From Natranaeroarchaeum aerophilus (GTDB lineage Archaea; Halobacteriota; Halobacteria; Halobacteriales; Natronoarchaeaceae), in contig NZ_JAKRVY010000008.1 of NCBI RefSeq assembly GCF_023638055.1, forward strand, positions 42,845 to 66,844: DNA of 24,000 nucleotides. The letters are read 5' to 3'. The first letter of the stretch is position 1, and each line of letters begins with the position of its first letter. The notes beneath the pieces are model-generated. The model did no database searches and was not told the DNA's origin. It saw only the letters and a program-made list of their open reading frames with translations. This document shows positions 16,298 to 24,000 of this stretch, piece after piece. Made by a program: the position numbers and the translations under genes.

Positions 16298-16366
16298 TGA
16301 ATCACCACAATATAGTTTGACGTATTCAATCACCATAATGGTTGGCGATCCAAATGATCTGTCCAA

Positions 16367-18109
16367 TCACACCGCAATCAGCGAGGTCATCAGATACCGC
16401 GTCAGGACGGCGATGATGACGCTCATCCAGACGAGGACGACGAAATGGTTCAGCGCGCTCAGAGAGTGGCCCCGGTCGATGATACGGATCATCATCGAGG
16501 ATAGCATCGCGTTGAGCAGGATAGCGATAAAGAGGAAAAACCGGACCTGATCGATGTCGTATACCTGTGGGTGTAGCAGGCCACCCAGTCCTGCCTGGCC
16601 GAGTTCGAGGTCGTCCGTGATATCCTGGAGCAGGCGAACGATTTCGAGCCCGACGAAGAAGGCGAAGGTGCTCGTCGCGGTGATTCCGTAGATCACGCCG
16701 ATAATGGTCCCGGTCTCCTGGGTACGCATCTGGCGGAGGTTCAGCACCTGCGTGAAGTTCTTCTCGATAAGCTCGCCGAGCTGGATCGGCTCGCCGCCCA
16801 TGCGTCGCCCGACGACGTACATGTCGCTAAAGCGCTGGATGAGGTAGGAGCCGGTTTCGGCGGCGAAGTACTTCCACGCGAGCGTCGAGTTGATCTGCAT
16901 GGCCAGCCGCAAGTAGAGGTTGTTGATCGTCTCCGTGAGCGAGCCGAAGTCCTTCCGGCGAAGCGAGGAGAGTACCGACGACGTCGAGCTCTGTTTGACG
17001 CTCTCGACCGCGCCGAGCGCGCGAATAAAGGATGGGAACTCGTCGTCGCGGTTTTTGACCCGTTTTTCCTCCCGGCGCATGACGAGCCCGCTGATCAACA
17101 GGGGGGTAAACGGGATGGCCATGTAGATCGGCTCGGGGAAATCAGTCCCGACCGGCAGGACCCCATCGAGTGCGAGGTATGTCAGCGCCATCAGCAGGAG
17201 GCTGAGCCCGACACTGACGATGATCGAGATCCGAAGTCGGATGTTCCGTTCCAGCGCGATATCATCGGAGTAACTCCAGACCGGATCCTGCGGAGCGACG
17301 TTGTTCATCACGTAAATGAACGTGATCTGTACGAACAGGTACAGCGTCAACACTGCTGATAGCGCGATCATCGGGTCGATGCCGATGAGGAAGGGAAGCA
17401 AGATCGCGAAGACGAGGCCGAAGGTGGTCGAGTTGATCACCGACAGGTAGACGTCTTTGATGACGTTGAGCCGTTCGAGCTCGTTCTCGTAACGCACTTT
17501 GTAGTGCTGGAGGATGTTGTCCTGCTCGTTGATCAGGAAGTCACTCATGGGCTGGCCTGCGCCCACTGTGTAGGCAAGGCGTTCGAGGAAGTCCTGCATT
17601 AGCGGGCTGGAGACGCGTCGTGCGCGAAACCGACAGGCATCGTCGAGGCTCAGGTTCCAGGTGTCGATCAGTGCGACGATATGGCCCATCTCGGTCGCGA
17701 TAGCGTTGTAATCCTCCTCTTTTGAGAGGGTCCGGAACACTTCGACCCGATCGATGTTGGTCGTCGAGAGCACGGTGATATGCGTGATAAAGAGGTGGAA
17801 CTGGTCCCGCACTTCCTTCTGTTGTCGGTCGTTCCGCAGTTTCGGATAGACGAGGGCGATGAACGGAAGGAAGAGCCCAAGAACCAGGAATGGGCCGGTA
17901 GCGATGCCAGGCACGGGAAGAAAAAACGGGAGGACGGCGACCGTGATCCCGAAGACGACCGAGGGAAACAGAATGACGAGGAGGTACCGCTGGACGGACA
18001 TCTCCATCCCCTCGTACGCCATCAACAGCGACCGCACCGCCTCCTTGAGGTCGACGGAGGAATCCTCCTCCGTATTGCGGGTGGTCGCTGTTGCGTTGTC
18101 AGAGCTCAT
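16367..18109 (-). CDS. arlJ: Archaellum polytopic membrane platform protein ArlJ (FlaJ)
   Basis: 580 aa with multiple hydrophobic helices in two blocks separated by cytoplasmic domains, the expected length and topology for FlaJ/TadC-like T2SF-family proteins. Position directly after arlI. Confidence 0.88.
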   Translation of the reverse strand: MSSDNATATTRNTEEDSSVDLKEAVRSLLMAYEGMEMSVQRYLLVILFPSVVFGITVAVLPFFLPVPGIATGPFLVLGLFLPFIALVYPKLRNDRQQKEVRDQFHLFITHITVLSTTNIDRVEVFRTLSKEEDYNAIATEMGHIVALIDTWNLSLDDACRFRARRVSSPLMQDFLERLAYTVGAGQPMSDFLINEQDNILQHYKVRYENELERLNVIKDVYLSVINSTTFGLVFAILLPFLIGIDPMIALSAVLTLYLFVQITFIYVMNNVAPQDPVWSYSDDIALERNIRLRISIIVSVGLSLLLMALTYLALDGVLPVGTDFPEPIYMAIPFTPLLISGLVMRREEKRVKNRDDEFPSFIRALGAVESVKQSSTSSVLSSLRRKDFGSLTETINNLYLRLAMQINSTLAWKYFAAETGSYLIQRFSDMYVVGRRMGGEPIQLGELIEKNFTQVLNLRQMRTQETGTIIGVIYGITATSTFAFFVGLEIVRLLQDITDDLELGQAGLGGLLHPQVYDIDQVRFFLFIAILLNAMLSSMMIRIIDRGHSLSALNHFVVLVWMSVIIAVLTRYLMTSLIAV

Positions 18110-18225
18110 TGATATCCGTCACGGGCGTCCTGTCGACCCATTGTATCCCAGGTATGAAACGTTATTCCCCGACCGCCGAGTCGGCACCGTCATCGACTGG
18201 TTCGGCCAGGCGATAGTGTCACTCA

Positions 18226-19911
18226 CTAGATTGCTTGCGGCGACGGGGTAAGTCCCGTCAGGTCGATCGGCAGTGCCTCGACCCCATCGCGCTGGAACGT
18301 CGCGATCGCATCGTTGACCTCCTCGTATTCGAGGACGTCCGCCTCGATCAGGCGCTCGACGATCTGTGCACGTCGGTCCAGTTCGTCGTAGATGTCGCGG
18401 GTGTTCTCGTATCCGAGCAGTTCCGCGATCTGGTTTTCGAGGACGTGAGAGTTGTTCATCCCGGTAAAGACGATCTCGTCGTCGCGGGGATCCCACCGGA
18501 AGGCCTGCTGGGTCACGACACCGCCGTCGTGTTTCGAATAGCCTTCGATCTCCTGAACGCTGGTAACCCGCCGATAGACATCGTCGCCCTGTTTGACCCT
18601 GTTCTGGAACAGCGCGACGTCGCAGTTGTCCATGAACGTCTCGGGGACGTTGATCGGTTCGCCAGTAAAGCGCTGGATCATCGAAACGATATCGCTGGCG
18701 TGGAACGTGAGCATGACGGGGTGGCCAGTCTGTGCGGCCTGAAACGCCATCTGTCCTTCCGCACCTCGAACCTCCCCCACGATGATGTAGTCGGGGCGAG
18801 ATCGGAGCGCCGAGGCGACCAGATCGAACAGGTCGATGTCGGAACTGGAGTCTTCGCCCTGGCCCTCGCGGGTGAGCAACTGCTGCCAGGTATCGTGCGG
18901 TGGAACGACTTCGGCGGTGTCCTCCGCAGTATAGATCTTCGAGTCGCGTGGGATGAACGAGGTGATCGCGTTTAGCGTCGTCGTCTTCCCCGAGGCAGTC
19001 TCTCCGACCACGAAAACCGTCTGTTCGTTTTCGAGACAGAGCCAGAGGTAGGCGGCGAGTTTCGGCGAGAGCGTCCCCCACTTTGTGATCTGGAGCACGG
19101 ACAGTGGAACCTCGTCGCCCTGCCGGATCGTCAGCGAGGGACCCTGCACCGACACGTCATCGGAGTAGATGATGTTGATACGCGAGCCGTCGGGCAGCGT
19201 CGAGTCGATGATCGGGTTCGAGTCGCTGACCGGCGTGTCCATCCGCTCGCCCATATTCCGTAGCCAGTTCTCGAACTCCGCGGGCGTCCCGAAGTCGACC
19301 GTCGTGGGCAACATCCCGTACGTGCCGTGATCGACGTAACACTGGTCGGTCCCGATAACGTGGATATCCTCGTTCTGTGGGTCCTGCATCACTGGATTCA
19401 GCGGTCCGAGTCCGACGATATCGCGCTGTAGCTGGTAGCGGATCTTCTGGTAGGTGTCGGGCGCGACGGTGATCCGCGTCCCGAGGAGTTGCTGGAGCGC
19501 GCCGGTCGCGACCCCGCCGACGTGTGTGACGCTGTCGAGTAGTTCGTCGATATGCTCGATGAACTGCTCGTCGTCGCTCGGGGCGGGCTTGTTGACGCTC
19601 TTTTCGAGGATCCGTTGTCGCACGTCGTCGAAAACGGCCTGTTCGTCGGCATTGAGTGTCGGTTCGACAACGTAGTACGTCAACGGCTGGCCGACATCGC
19701 CGTGAACGTGACAGAAGACCGCATGCTCACTCTGGGTAGGGTAGATGACGTTCGGTCTGGCGACCTCGTGTTCGTCCTCCAGCGTCTCGGTATACATCGG
19801 ATACTCCCCGTGGATATCCCGATAGTGTTCGAGATGCTCGTCGAGATGGGGGTGCTCATTTGCGAGCGCGCCAAGTTGCCCTGACAGGTTCGCAGTTCCG
19901 AGCTCCGTCAT
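18226..19911 (-). CDS. arlI: Archaellum assembly/motor ATPase ArlI (FlaI)
   Basis: 561 aa. Walker A GETASGKTTTLNA, Asp box/Walker B YIIVGEVRGAEG and HPVMLTFHA are characteristic of the type II/IV secretion ATPase family. Its start is 1 nt from the arlH stop. Confidence 0.93.
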   Translation of the reverse strand: MTELGTANLSGQLGALANEHPHLDEHLEHYRDIHGEYPMYTETLEDEHEVARPNVIYPTQSEHAVFCHVHGDVGQPLTYYVVEPTLNADEQAVFDDVRQRILEKSVNKPAPSDDEQFIEHIDELLDSVTHVGGVATGALQQLLGTRITVAPDTYQKIRYQLQRDIVGLGPLNPVMQDPQNEDIHVIGTDQCYVDHGTYGMLPTTVDFGTPAEFENWLRNMGERMDTPVSDSNPIIDSTLPDGSRINIIYSDDVSVQGPSLTIRQGDEVPLSVLQITKWGTLSPKLAAYLWLCLENEQTVFVVGETASGKTTTLNAITSFIPRDSKIYTAEDTAEVVPPHDTWQQLLTREGQGEDSSSDIDLFDLVASALRSRPDYIIVGEVRGAEGQMAFQAAQTGHPVMLTFHASDIVSMIQRFTGEPINVPETFMDNCDVALFQNRVKQGDDVYRRVTSVQEIEGYSKHDGGVVTQQAFRWDPRDDEIVFTGMNNSHVLENQIAELLGYENTRDIYDELDRRAQIVERLIEADVLEYEEVNDAIATFQRDGVEALPIDLTGLTPSPQAI

Positions 19912-19912
19912 C

Positions 19913-20668
19913 TCAGGCCACCGTCCGTGTCACGATCGTGATCCCGCGGCCGGACTGGACCGCGTAGCCGATGTTGTCATCGACCTGATTGCCCATCTCC
20001 GCGAACTTCTTGACGACGATGTTGCGTCGGACTTCGCTCCCGACACTTTCCATCTCCAGCGAGAGGTAGACATCAGCAGCGTTCCGGAGGGGACGGAGGG
20101 CCGTCCTGGACAGCGAATCCGGATTGACGGTCAGGATCAGCGTTTTGTCCTGACTGACGATCTGTCGAAAGTAGGTGATCATATTCTGCATGATGTCATC
20201 GGCGTCACCGTGTTCGCTGATCGCCTCGTAGTGGGGGTCATGAAGCAAGATAGCATCGAACCCGTCGAAAATAACGACATCGCTTTCCCACATCGTCTCG
20301 GCCTGCATGAGCTTCGTGATGAGTTCTCGTCCGCCCGCTTCTTCGGGCCCCGGTCGCTGGTTAATCGTGTCCCGTGTGTCGACATCCGCGTGCAAGAACA
20401 GCAACTGTTCGCGGAGCAGGTGATCGACAATATCGTAATCCATCGATCCCATCTGTTTGATGAGGCCGCCCGCAGTCAGCTCCGCGGAGACGTAGGTGAC
20501 ATACGTATCGCTCTCACAGAGTCCATAACAGAACCGCTGAGCGAACACGCTCTTGCCAGCGCCGTGGCTCCCTTCAAGCAGTACGATACTTCCCTTCGGA
20601 AACCCGCCACCGAAGGCCGGGTTGACCCGATCACGCTCTTCAAGTCCAAGTTCGTATAGGCTTACCAT
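19913..20668 (-). CDS. arlH: Archaellum KaiC/RecA-like ATP-binding protein ArlH (FlaH)
   Basis: 251 aa. GGGFPKGSIVLLEGSHGAGKSVFAQRF (Walker A) and a RecA/KaiC-like fold pattern. Positioned between arlG and arlI. Confidence 0.9.
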   Translation of the reverse strand: MVSLYELGLEERDRVNPAFGGGFPKGSIVLLEGSHGAGKSVFAQRFCYGLCESDTYVTYVSAELTAGGLIKQMGSMDYDIVDHLLREQLLFLHADVDTRDTINQRPGPEEAGGRELITKLMQAETMWESDVVIFDGFDAILLHDPHYEAISEHGDADDIMQNMITYFRQIVSQDKTLILTVNPDSLSRTALRPLRNAADVYLSLEMESVGSEVRRNIVVKKFAEMGNQVDDNIGYAVQSGRGITIVTRTVA

Positions 20669-20671
20669 GAG

Positions 20672-21145
20672 TTATCCATCCAGATAGAACCGCAGCGTAT
20701 CTTCGTTAGATCTGACCCGCACTGTTGCCCGGTGATCTCCGGCATCGAGGGGTTCGTTCATAGTCATCCGTACCACGCTCCCTTCGGCCCACAACGTAGA
20801 GCCCTCGTTGCCGATCACCTCGATGTCGATACCGTTCTGATACTGTCCGTTGATCAGCACGTCGATATCACCACTATCCGTATGTATCGGCCGATTTCCG
20901 GTGTTTTTTACGAGGAGGGTGACCTCGCCGTTGCCGTCCTCGTCGGTCGAGTAGATCGAGTCGGGACTTCCAGCGTCGCTGATGATACTGATATCAGTCT
21001 CGATATCTTGAGCGACACTGTCGCCGCGTTCGTCCAGTGAGACGCTCATACTTTCGACGTTGACGGTCAGCGTCGTCGCAACGCCGACGGCCACGGTGAG
21101 CGCGGCGATGAAGATGATCAGATGGGACACGGAAACGCTTGCCAC
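20672..21145 (-). CDS. arlG: Archaellum stator/periplasmic protein ArlG (FlaG)
   Basis: 157 aa. N-terminal archaellin-like hydrophobic helix (A)SVSVSHLIIFIAALTVAVGVA followed by a beta-rich soluble domain. GTG start 1 nt after the arlF stop. Conserved operon position. Confidence 0.82.
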   Translation of the reverse strand: MASVSVSHLIIFIAALTVAVGVATTLTVNVESMSVSLDERGDSVAQDIETDISIISDAGSPDSIYSTDEDGNGEVTLLVKNTGNRPIHTDSGDIDVLINGQYQNGIDIEVIGNEGSTLWAEGSVVRMTMNEPLDAGDHRATVRVRSNEDTLRFYLDG

Positions 21146-21146
21146 G

Positions 21147-21599
21147 TCAGCTTCCCTCCTCAGTCTCGATCTCGTCCGTCGAGTCCTGTACGCCGGTCTG
21201 CGTAGCGATGACGACTCTGTCCGGAGCCGTCTCGACGTTCGACACCTCTATTTCGAGGCGCTCACCGCCGACCCACAGATCGCGGTCCTGGTCGCCCTCA
21301 ACCCACGTCGTCCGCTCGGCCGGAAGCTCGCCATCGATCAGGAGATGAGTCTTCGATACGTCGAGTGTCACTGTCCCGGAGTTGTCCACGTGGACCGTCA
21401 AACTGTCGGCCGAATCGTCATAGGTCGCCGAGTGGATATCGACACCGCTGTTCCTCGCGTCGATGATACGATCCTGTCGATCATCGCTTGCCTCCGATAT
21501 CTGCAGGGTGGAGCCCTCGACGGCGGGATACAACAGTCCGAGGCTGATGAGCGCGCCGATCGCGACGACTGCGACCGCGGCACTGGTGCTAAATCCCAT
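21147..21599 (-). CDS. arlF: Archaellum S-layer-binding protein ArlF (FlaF)
   Basis: 150 aa. MGFSTSAAVAVVAIGALISLGLL N-terminal helix plus a beta-sandwich-like domain (LTVHVDNSGTVTLDVSKTHLLIDGE). Conserved position upstream of arlG. Confidence 0.82.
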   Translation of the reverse strand: MGFSTSAAVAVVAIGALISLGLLYPAVEGSTLQISEASDDRQDRIIDARNSGVDIHSATYDDSADSLTVHVDNSGTVTLDVSKTHLLIDGELPAERTTWVEGDQDRDLWVGGERLEIEVSNVETAPDRVVIATQTGVQDSTDEIETEEGS

Positions 21600-21605
21600 C
21601 TACCG

Positions 21606-22553
21606 TCACCTCACCTGCTCCGACTGCTCCAGTTGTGCCTGCTGTGAGAGTCTGGCGATATATTTGAAACTCCGATCGTGAACGTCAGTATTGAGATCGT
21701 TTCGTGGCGGCGTATCGGGGTCACAGTGCGCGCCGCTGAGCATGACCTCAAGATCCCGCTTGACTGGTTCGCTGATCCAGTCGATCCGGTCGTAATGGTC
21801 GAGCGCTTTCAGTGCGCCTTCCTGTCCCGACCGATCGACGAGCATTGTCAACCACTCCATGAGCAATACCTCGGTCGCGTAGGTGGCCGCAAACCGCGTC
21901 AGGTACGGCCCGTCATCGGTGTTCGGCGGTCGTGTTGATGTGGATGTCGGCTCCGTGGCTGTCGTTCGAACCGGTTGTTCCGATGCTGGCTCGAACGTCG
22001 GTTCCGGCTCCGGGGAACGTTCACTGGACTGGCCGGGATCAGTCTCTTCCGTCTCGGTGTCCCATTCATCCTCGTTTTCAGTCTCGTCTTCGGGGCCGGG
22101 GATAACGCCGAACTTCGCTTCGGACTCGTCAGGTTGCTCGATATCGCCTTCCCAGTCACCGGTAAACGGATTGACGCTCTCCGTGAGGTGATCGTAGACG
22201 CCGAGCAGGGTCGCGTTGTGCTCTTCGATTCTATCTAGTCGTTCGCCCACGTTCACCTGTTCGCTTTCAAGCCCATCGATACTGGCACTGTTCTGCTCGA
22301 CCTGATTACGGACCCCGTCGAGTTCGTGCTCGATATCGGCGATATCGTCGGTGAGTTCGCTCGCTCCGTCGTCACCACCGCCGAATAGCCCGCCGGACGA
22401 CGAGGACTCTCTTTCCTCGGTGACCTCCTCGCCTTCATCCTCCTCTTCTTCCTCGTCGTCCAGCGGCTCCTGTGGGCCAGCATCGGGGTCGTCTGGACCG
22501 CCTGGCGAGAGCGCGTCCAACCCCAATTCGTCCAGAATGGTTCCTATATTCAT
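21606..22553 (-). CDS. arlCE: Archaellum accessory fusion protein ArlCE (FlaC coiled-coil domain + FlaD/E domain)
   Basis: 315 aa. The coiled coil DIADIEHELDGVRNQVEQNSASIDGLESEQVNVGERLDRIEEHNATLLGVYDHLTESVNPF is FlaC-like. Acidic linkers follow. The C-terminal EWLTMLVDRSGQEGALKALDHYDRIDWISEPVKRDLEVMLSG...HDRSFKYIARL is the FlaD/E domain. First gene of the arlCE-F-G-H-I-J run. Confidence 0.85.
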   Translation of the reverse strand: MNIGTILDELGLDALSPGGPDDPDAGPQEPLDDEEEEEDEGEEVTEERESSSSGGLFGGGDDGASELTDDIADIEHELDGVRNQVEQNSASIDGLESEQVNVGERLDRIEEHNATLLGVYDHLTESVNPFTGDWEGDIEQPDESEAKFGVIPGPEDETENEDEWDTETEETDPGQSSERSPEPEPTFEPASEQPVRTTATEPTSTSTRPPNTDDGPYLTRFAATYATEVLLMEWLTMLVDRSGQEGALKALDHYDRIDWISEPVKRDLEVMLSGAHCDPDTPPRNDLNTDVHDRSFKYIARLSQQAQLEQSEQVR

Positions 22554-22682
22554 AAGTGGGATATTGAAAGTTATAACTCCCTAGTAGATACGCAAGAATA
22601 AGTTGCGTACCTAATTAGAGAGGCTCAATCTAACGGATCCTATATGAGAATACCGAACCAGCGGATGGCGAGTTAACACGAC
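22554..22682 (-). promoter_or_regulatory. AT-rich promoter region of the arlCE-arlJ operon with a 7-bp inverted repeat
   Basis: The most AT-rich stretch in this part of the window. TTATAA (22571-22577) and TAATTAG (22611-22618) are TATA-like boxes. Inverted repeat TACGCAA-N7-TTGCGTA at 22589-22609. Confidence 0.4.
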
Positions 22683-23249
22683 TCACGAATTGAGATCAGC
22701 TTCGGCAAGTAGCGCCGATATCGTCGCTGCGGGCGCGTTATCGTCGTCGATCGTACTGGCGTACCAGGTGAGAAGCTCCTCGAAGACAGTAATCCGGTCG
22801 TCAGCGGCGATCCGTCGTTCGGCGATCCCGTCGTCGGTCTTCAGCAACACGTCGATGGCATGTGAGCGGTCCATATGTTCCAGCGCAGCTCCGCGTGCCG
22901 CAGGGGAAAAGGCCGTCTCACCGTTCAGTTCATGGTGTCGCTCCTCCGACGCGGAGCCGTCCCGCCGTGAGGATGGGTCGGACGACGTCTCGTCCGGCTC
23001 ACGAGCAGCGGTAGCGGCTGTCTTCTCGGGCTCTCCCGCCCCCTGCTGGCTCTCCGACGCAGCATACTCCCGAGGTCCAGTATCGGGTGCCGACGGCCCG
23101 GACTCGTCTGCAGAAGAAGTTGGCTCGCCTGACGGGCTGACCACGAACCGGTTCTCTTCGATCTGCTCGACGCCAGCGTCCGCTTCCAGCTCGAGCTCTT
23201 CGGGTGTAAGCACGGTCGGGTCCCGCTCGTCGTCCGGCTCCTCTGTCAT
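22683..23249 (-). CDS. Acidic hypothetical protein at the head of the arl accessory operon
   Basis: The ORF is open over 22683..23345. I prefer ATG 23249 (MTEEPDDERDPTVLTPEELELEAD...) because the upstream 32 codons are basic and atypical, and a TATAG-containing box at about 23277-23285 (minus strand) sits about 25-30 nt upstream. Alternative starts are at 23276 and 23345. Disordered acidic/Ser-rich middle, structured C-terminus (HAIDVLLKTDDGIAERRIAADDRITVFEELLTWYASTI). No family recognised. Confidence 0.55.
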   Translation of the reverse strand: MTEEPDDERDPTVLTPEELELEADAGVEQIEENRFVVSPSGEPTSSADESGPSAPDTGPREYAASESQQGAGEPEKTAATAAREPDETSSDPSSRRDGSASEERHHELNGETAFSPAARGAALEHMDRSHAIDVLLKTDDGIAERRIAADDRITVFEELLTWYASTIDDDNAPAATISALLAEADLNS

Positions 23250-23415
23250 AGCCTGTCTACCTTCAGGCTCTACCATACTATACTTTGCCGCCAGCAAAGA
23301 AATCCTGCCGCCGGTCGACCGGGAACCACTCGCGTCCGAACGCATTTAACGTGTGCCTACGTATCCGGTGCAGTACGTGAACTCGCTGAACGAGGTTCCC
23401 AGCCGAGGATCTCAC

Positions 23416-24000
23416 ATGACCGGCCGGCGCACGCTCGGGGCCGACAGCGACGGATACGATCCCCGGCGTGATCTCACTCTTATCGCCATCGCAGTGCTCG
23501 TGTTCGGAACACTCACCGTTGGCGTCCTCGGGTTCGGCGCTACGCCGGTCCTCGACGACGGCGACGATGACGGGACGGTGTTCCCGGTCCAGGACTGGCG
23601 CGACGACGGGCCCGAAGAGGTCCAGCTCGTCGTCGAGGCAAATCGGAGCGAGATCACTCCCGGTGACACTGCCGAGTTCACAGTTAGCTACGAGAACGGG
23701 ACGGCCGCGACAGACGCCACGGTGCAGGTTGACGGTACGGAGTACGATCTCGACGGGACGGGCCAAACTACTGTTACTTTCGACCGCGGCGGGGAGTTCA
23801 CCGTCCGGGCCGAGCGAGAAGGGACTGACCTGACTCGATATATTTCCGACGCCATGATCATCTCGGTCGAGCGATTCGAGATCGACCTCTCGCTCGACGC
23901 CGACGAGGAAGAGATCACTGCGGGCGAGGAGGTGACGTTCTCCCTCCAGCGATCGGACACCGGTGAGGCGGTCTCCGGCAGCATCACCGTCAACGGCGAG
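23416..24000 (+). CDS. Membrane-anchored extracellular protein with repeated beta-sandwich (Ig-like) segments, 3' end outside the window
   Basis: Not in the ORF track because it has no stop within the window. ATG 23416 opens a frame that stays open for 195 codons to position 24000. Strong GC3 bias and acidic composition. MTGRRTLGADSDGYDPRRDLTLIAIAVLVFGTLTVGVLGF is an N-terminal transmembrane anchor. Repeated segments follow: ITPGDTAEFTVSYENGTAATDATVQVDG.. and ITAGEEVTFSLQRSDTGEAVSGSITVNG... Contains NRS and NGT sequons. Divergent from the 22683..23249 gene. Confidence 0.65.
   Translation, partial: MTGRRTLGADSDGYDPRRDLTLIAIAVLVFGTLTVGVLGFGATPVLDDGDDDGTVFPVQDWRDDGPEEVQLVVEANRSEITPGDTAEFTVSYENGTAATDATVQVDGTEYDLDGTGQTTVTFDRGGEFTVRAEREGTDLTRYISDAMIISVERFEIDLSLDADEEEITAGEEVTFSLQRSDTGEAVSGSITVNGE

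Noticed and set aside
18110-18225. Unusually long 116-nt gap between arlI and arlJ, which are often adjacent or overlapping; checked for a hidden small gene.
   Set aside because: It contains only a 24-codon basic peptide frame that is the tail of an antisense-type shadow ORF. There is no convincing start or SD, and I could read no conserved-looking motif. I left it as intergenic.
22690-23349. 219-aa Ser/Ala-rich plus-strand ORF mirroring the 22683..23345 minus-strand ORF. Also the 162-aa minus-strand ORF 23278..23766 opposite the membrane-anchored protein.
   Set aside because: Composition (poly-Ser/Ala, or Arg/Val/His-rich) and codon pattern fit antisense shadows. The chosen strands give acidic proteins with GC3-rich codons. 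For 23416.., the chosen strand also gives a clean transmembrane anchor plus repeats.

Overview
The window looks haloarchaeal (class Halobacteria): high GC, GC-rich third codon positions, very acidic proteins and frequent arginine- or serine-rich antisense shadow ORFs.

Positions 1-9.1 kb are mostly housekeeping:
- the 3' end of an amidohydrolase gene
- a UspA-type stress protein
- the replication factor C large subunit, ending in a PIP box
- a minus-strand biotin cluster, bioB / Rossmann-fold gene / bioF / bioD, with no bioA; the extra gene is a candidate BioU-type replacement
- a receiver-GAF-GAF-BAT-HTH_10 regulator

Positions 9.2-23.3 kb are an archaellum (arl/fla) locus, all on the minus strand. 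In transcription order it holds an acidic hypothetical gene, arlCE, arlF, arlG, arlH, arlI and arlJ, then a roughly 3 kb interruption, then four tandem archaellin genes.

The interruption contains:
- an AbrB-type antitoxin plus PIN toxin pair abutting arlJ
- an inverted arlD-like gene with a Cys/His tail
- about 700 nt of lower-GC, hairpin-dense DNA with no credible ORF
- a DUF217-type VapB plus PIN VapC pair preceded by a perfect 22-bp palindrome

The four archaellins are the most unusual part:
- All have Glu at mature position +5 where the archaellins I recall have Gly.
- None contains an N-X-S/T sequon.
- They are mosaics of near-identical termini around unrelated central cassettes, which are low-GC in two of the genes.

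A divergent membrane-anchored protein with repeated beta-sandwich-like segments runs off the right edge. I saw no rRNA, tRNA, CRISPR array or transposase.
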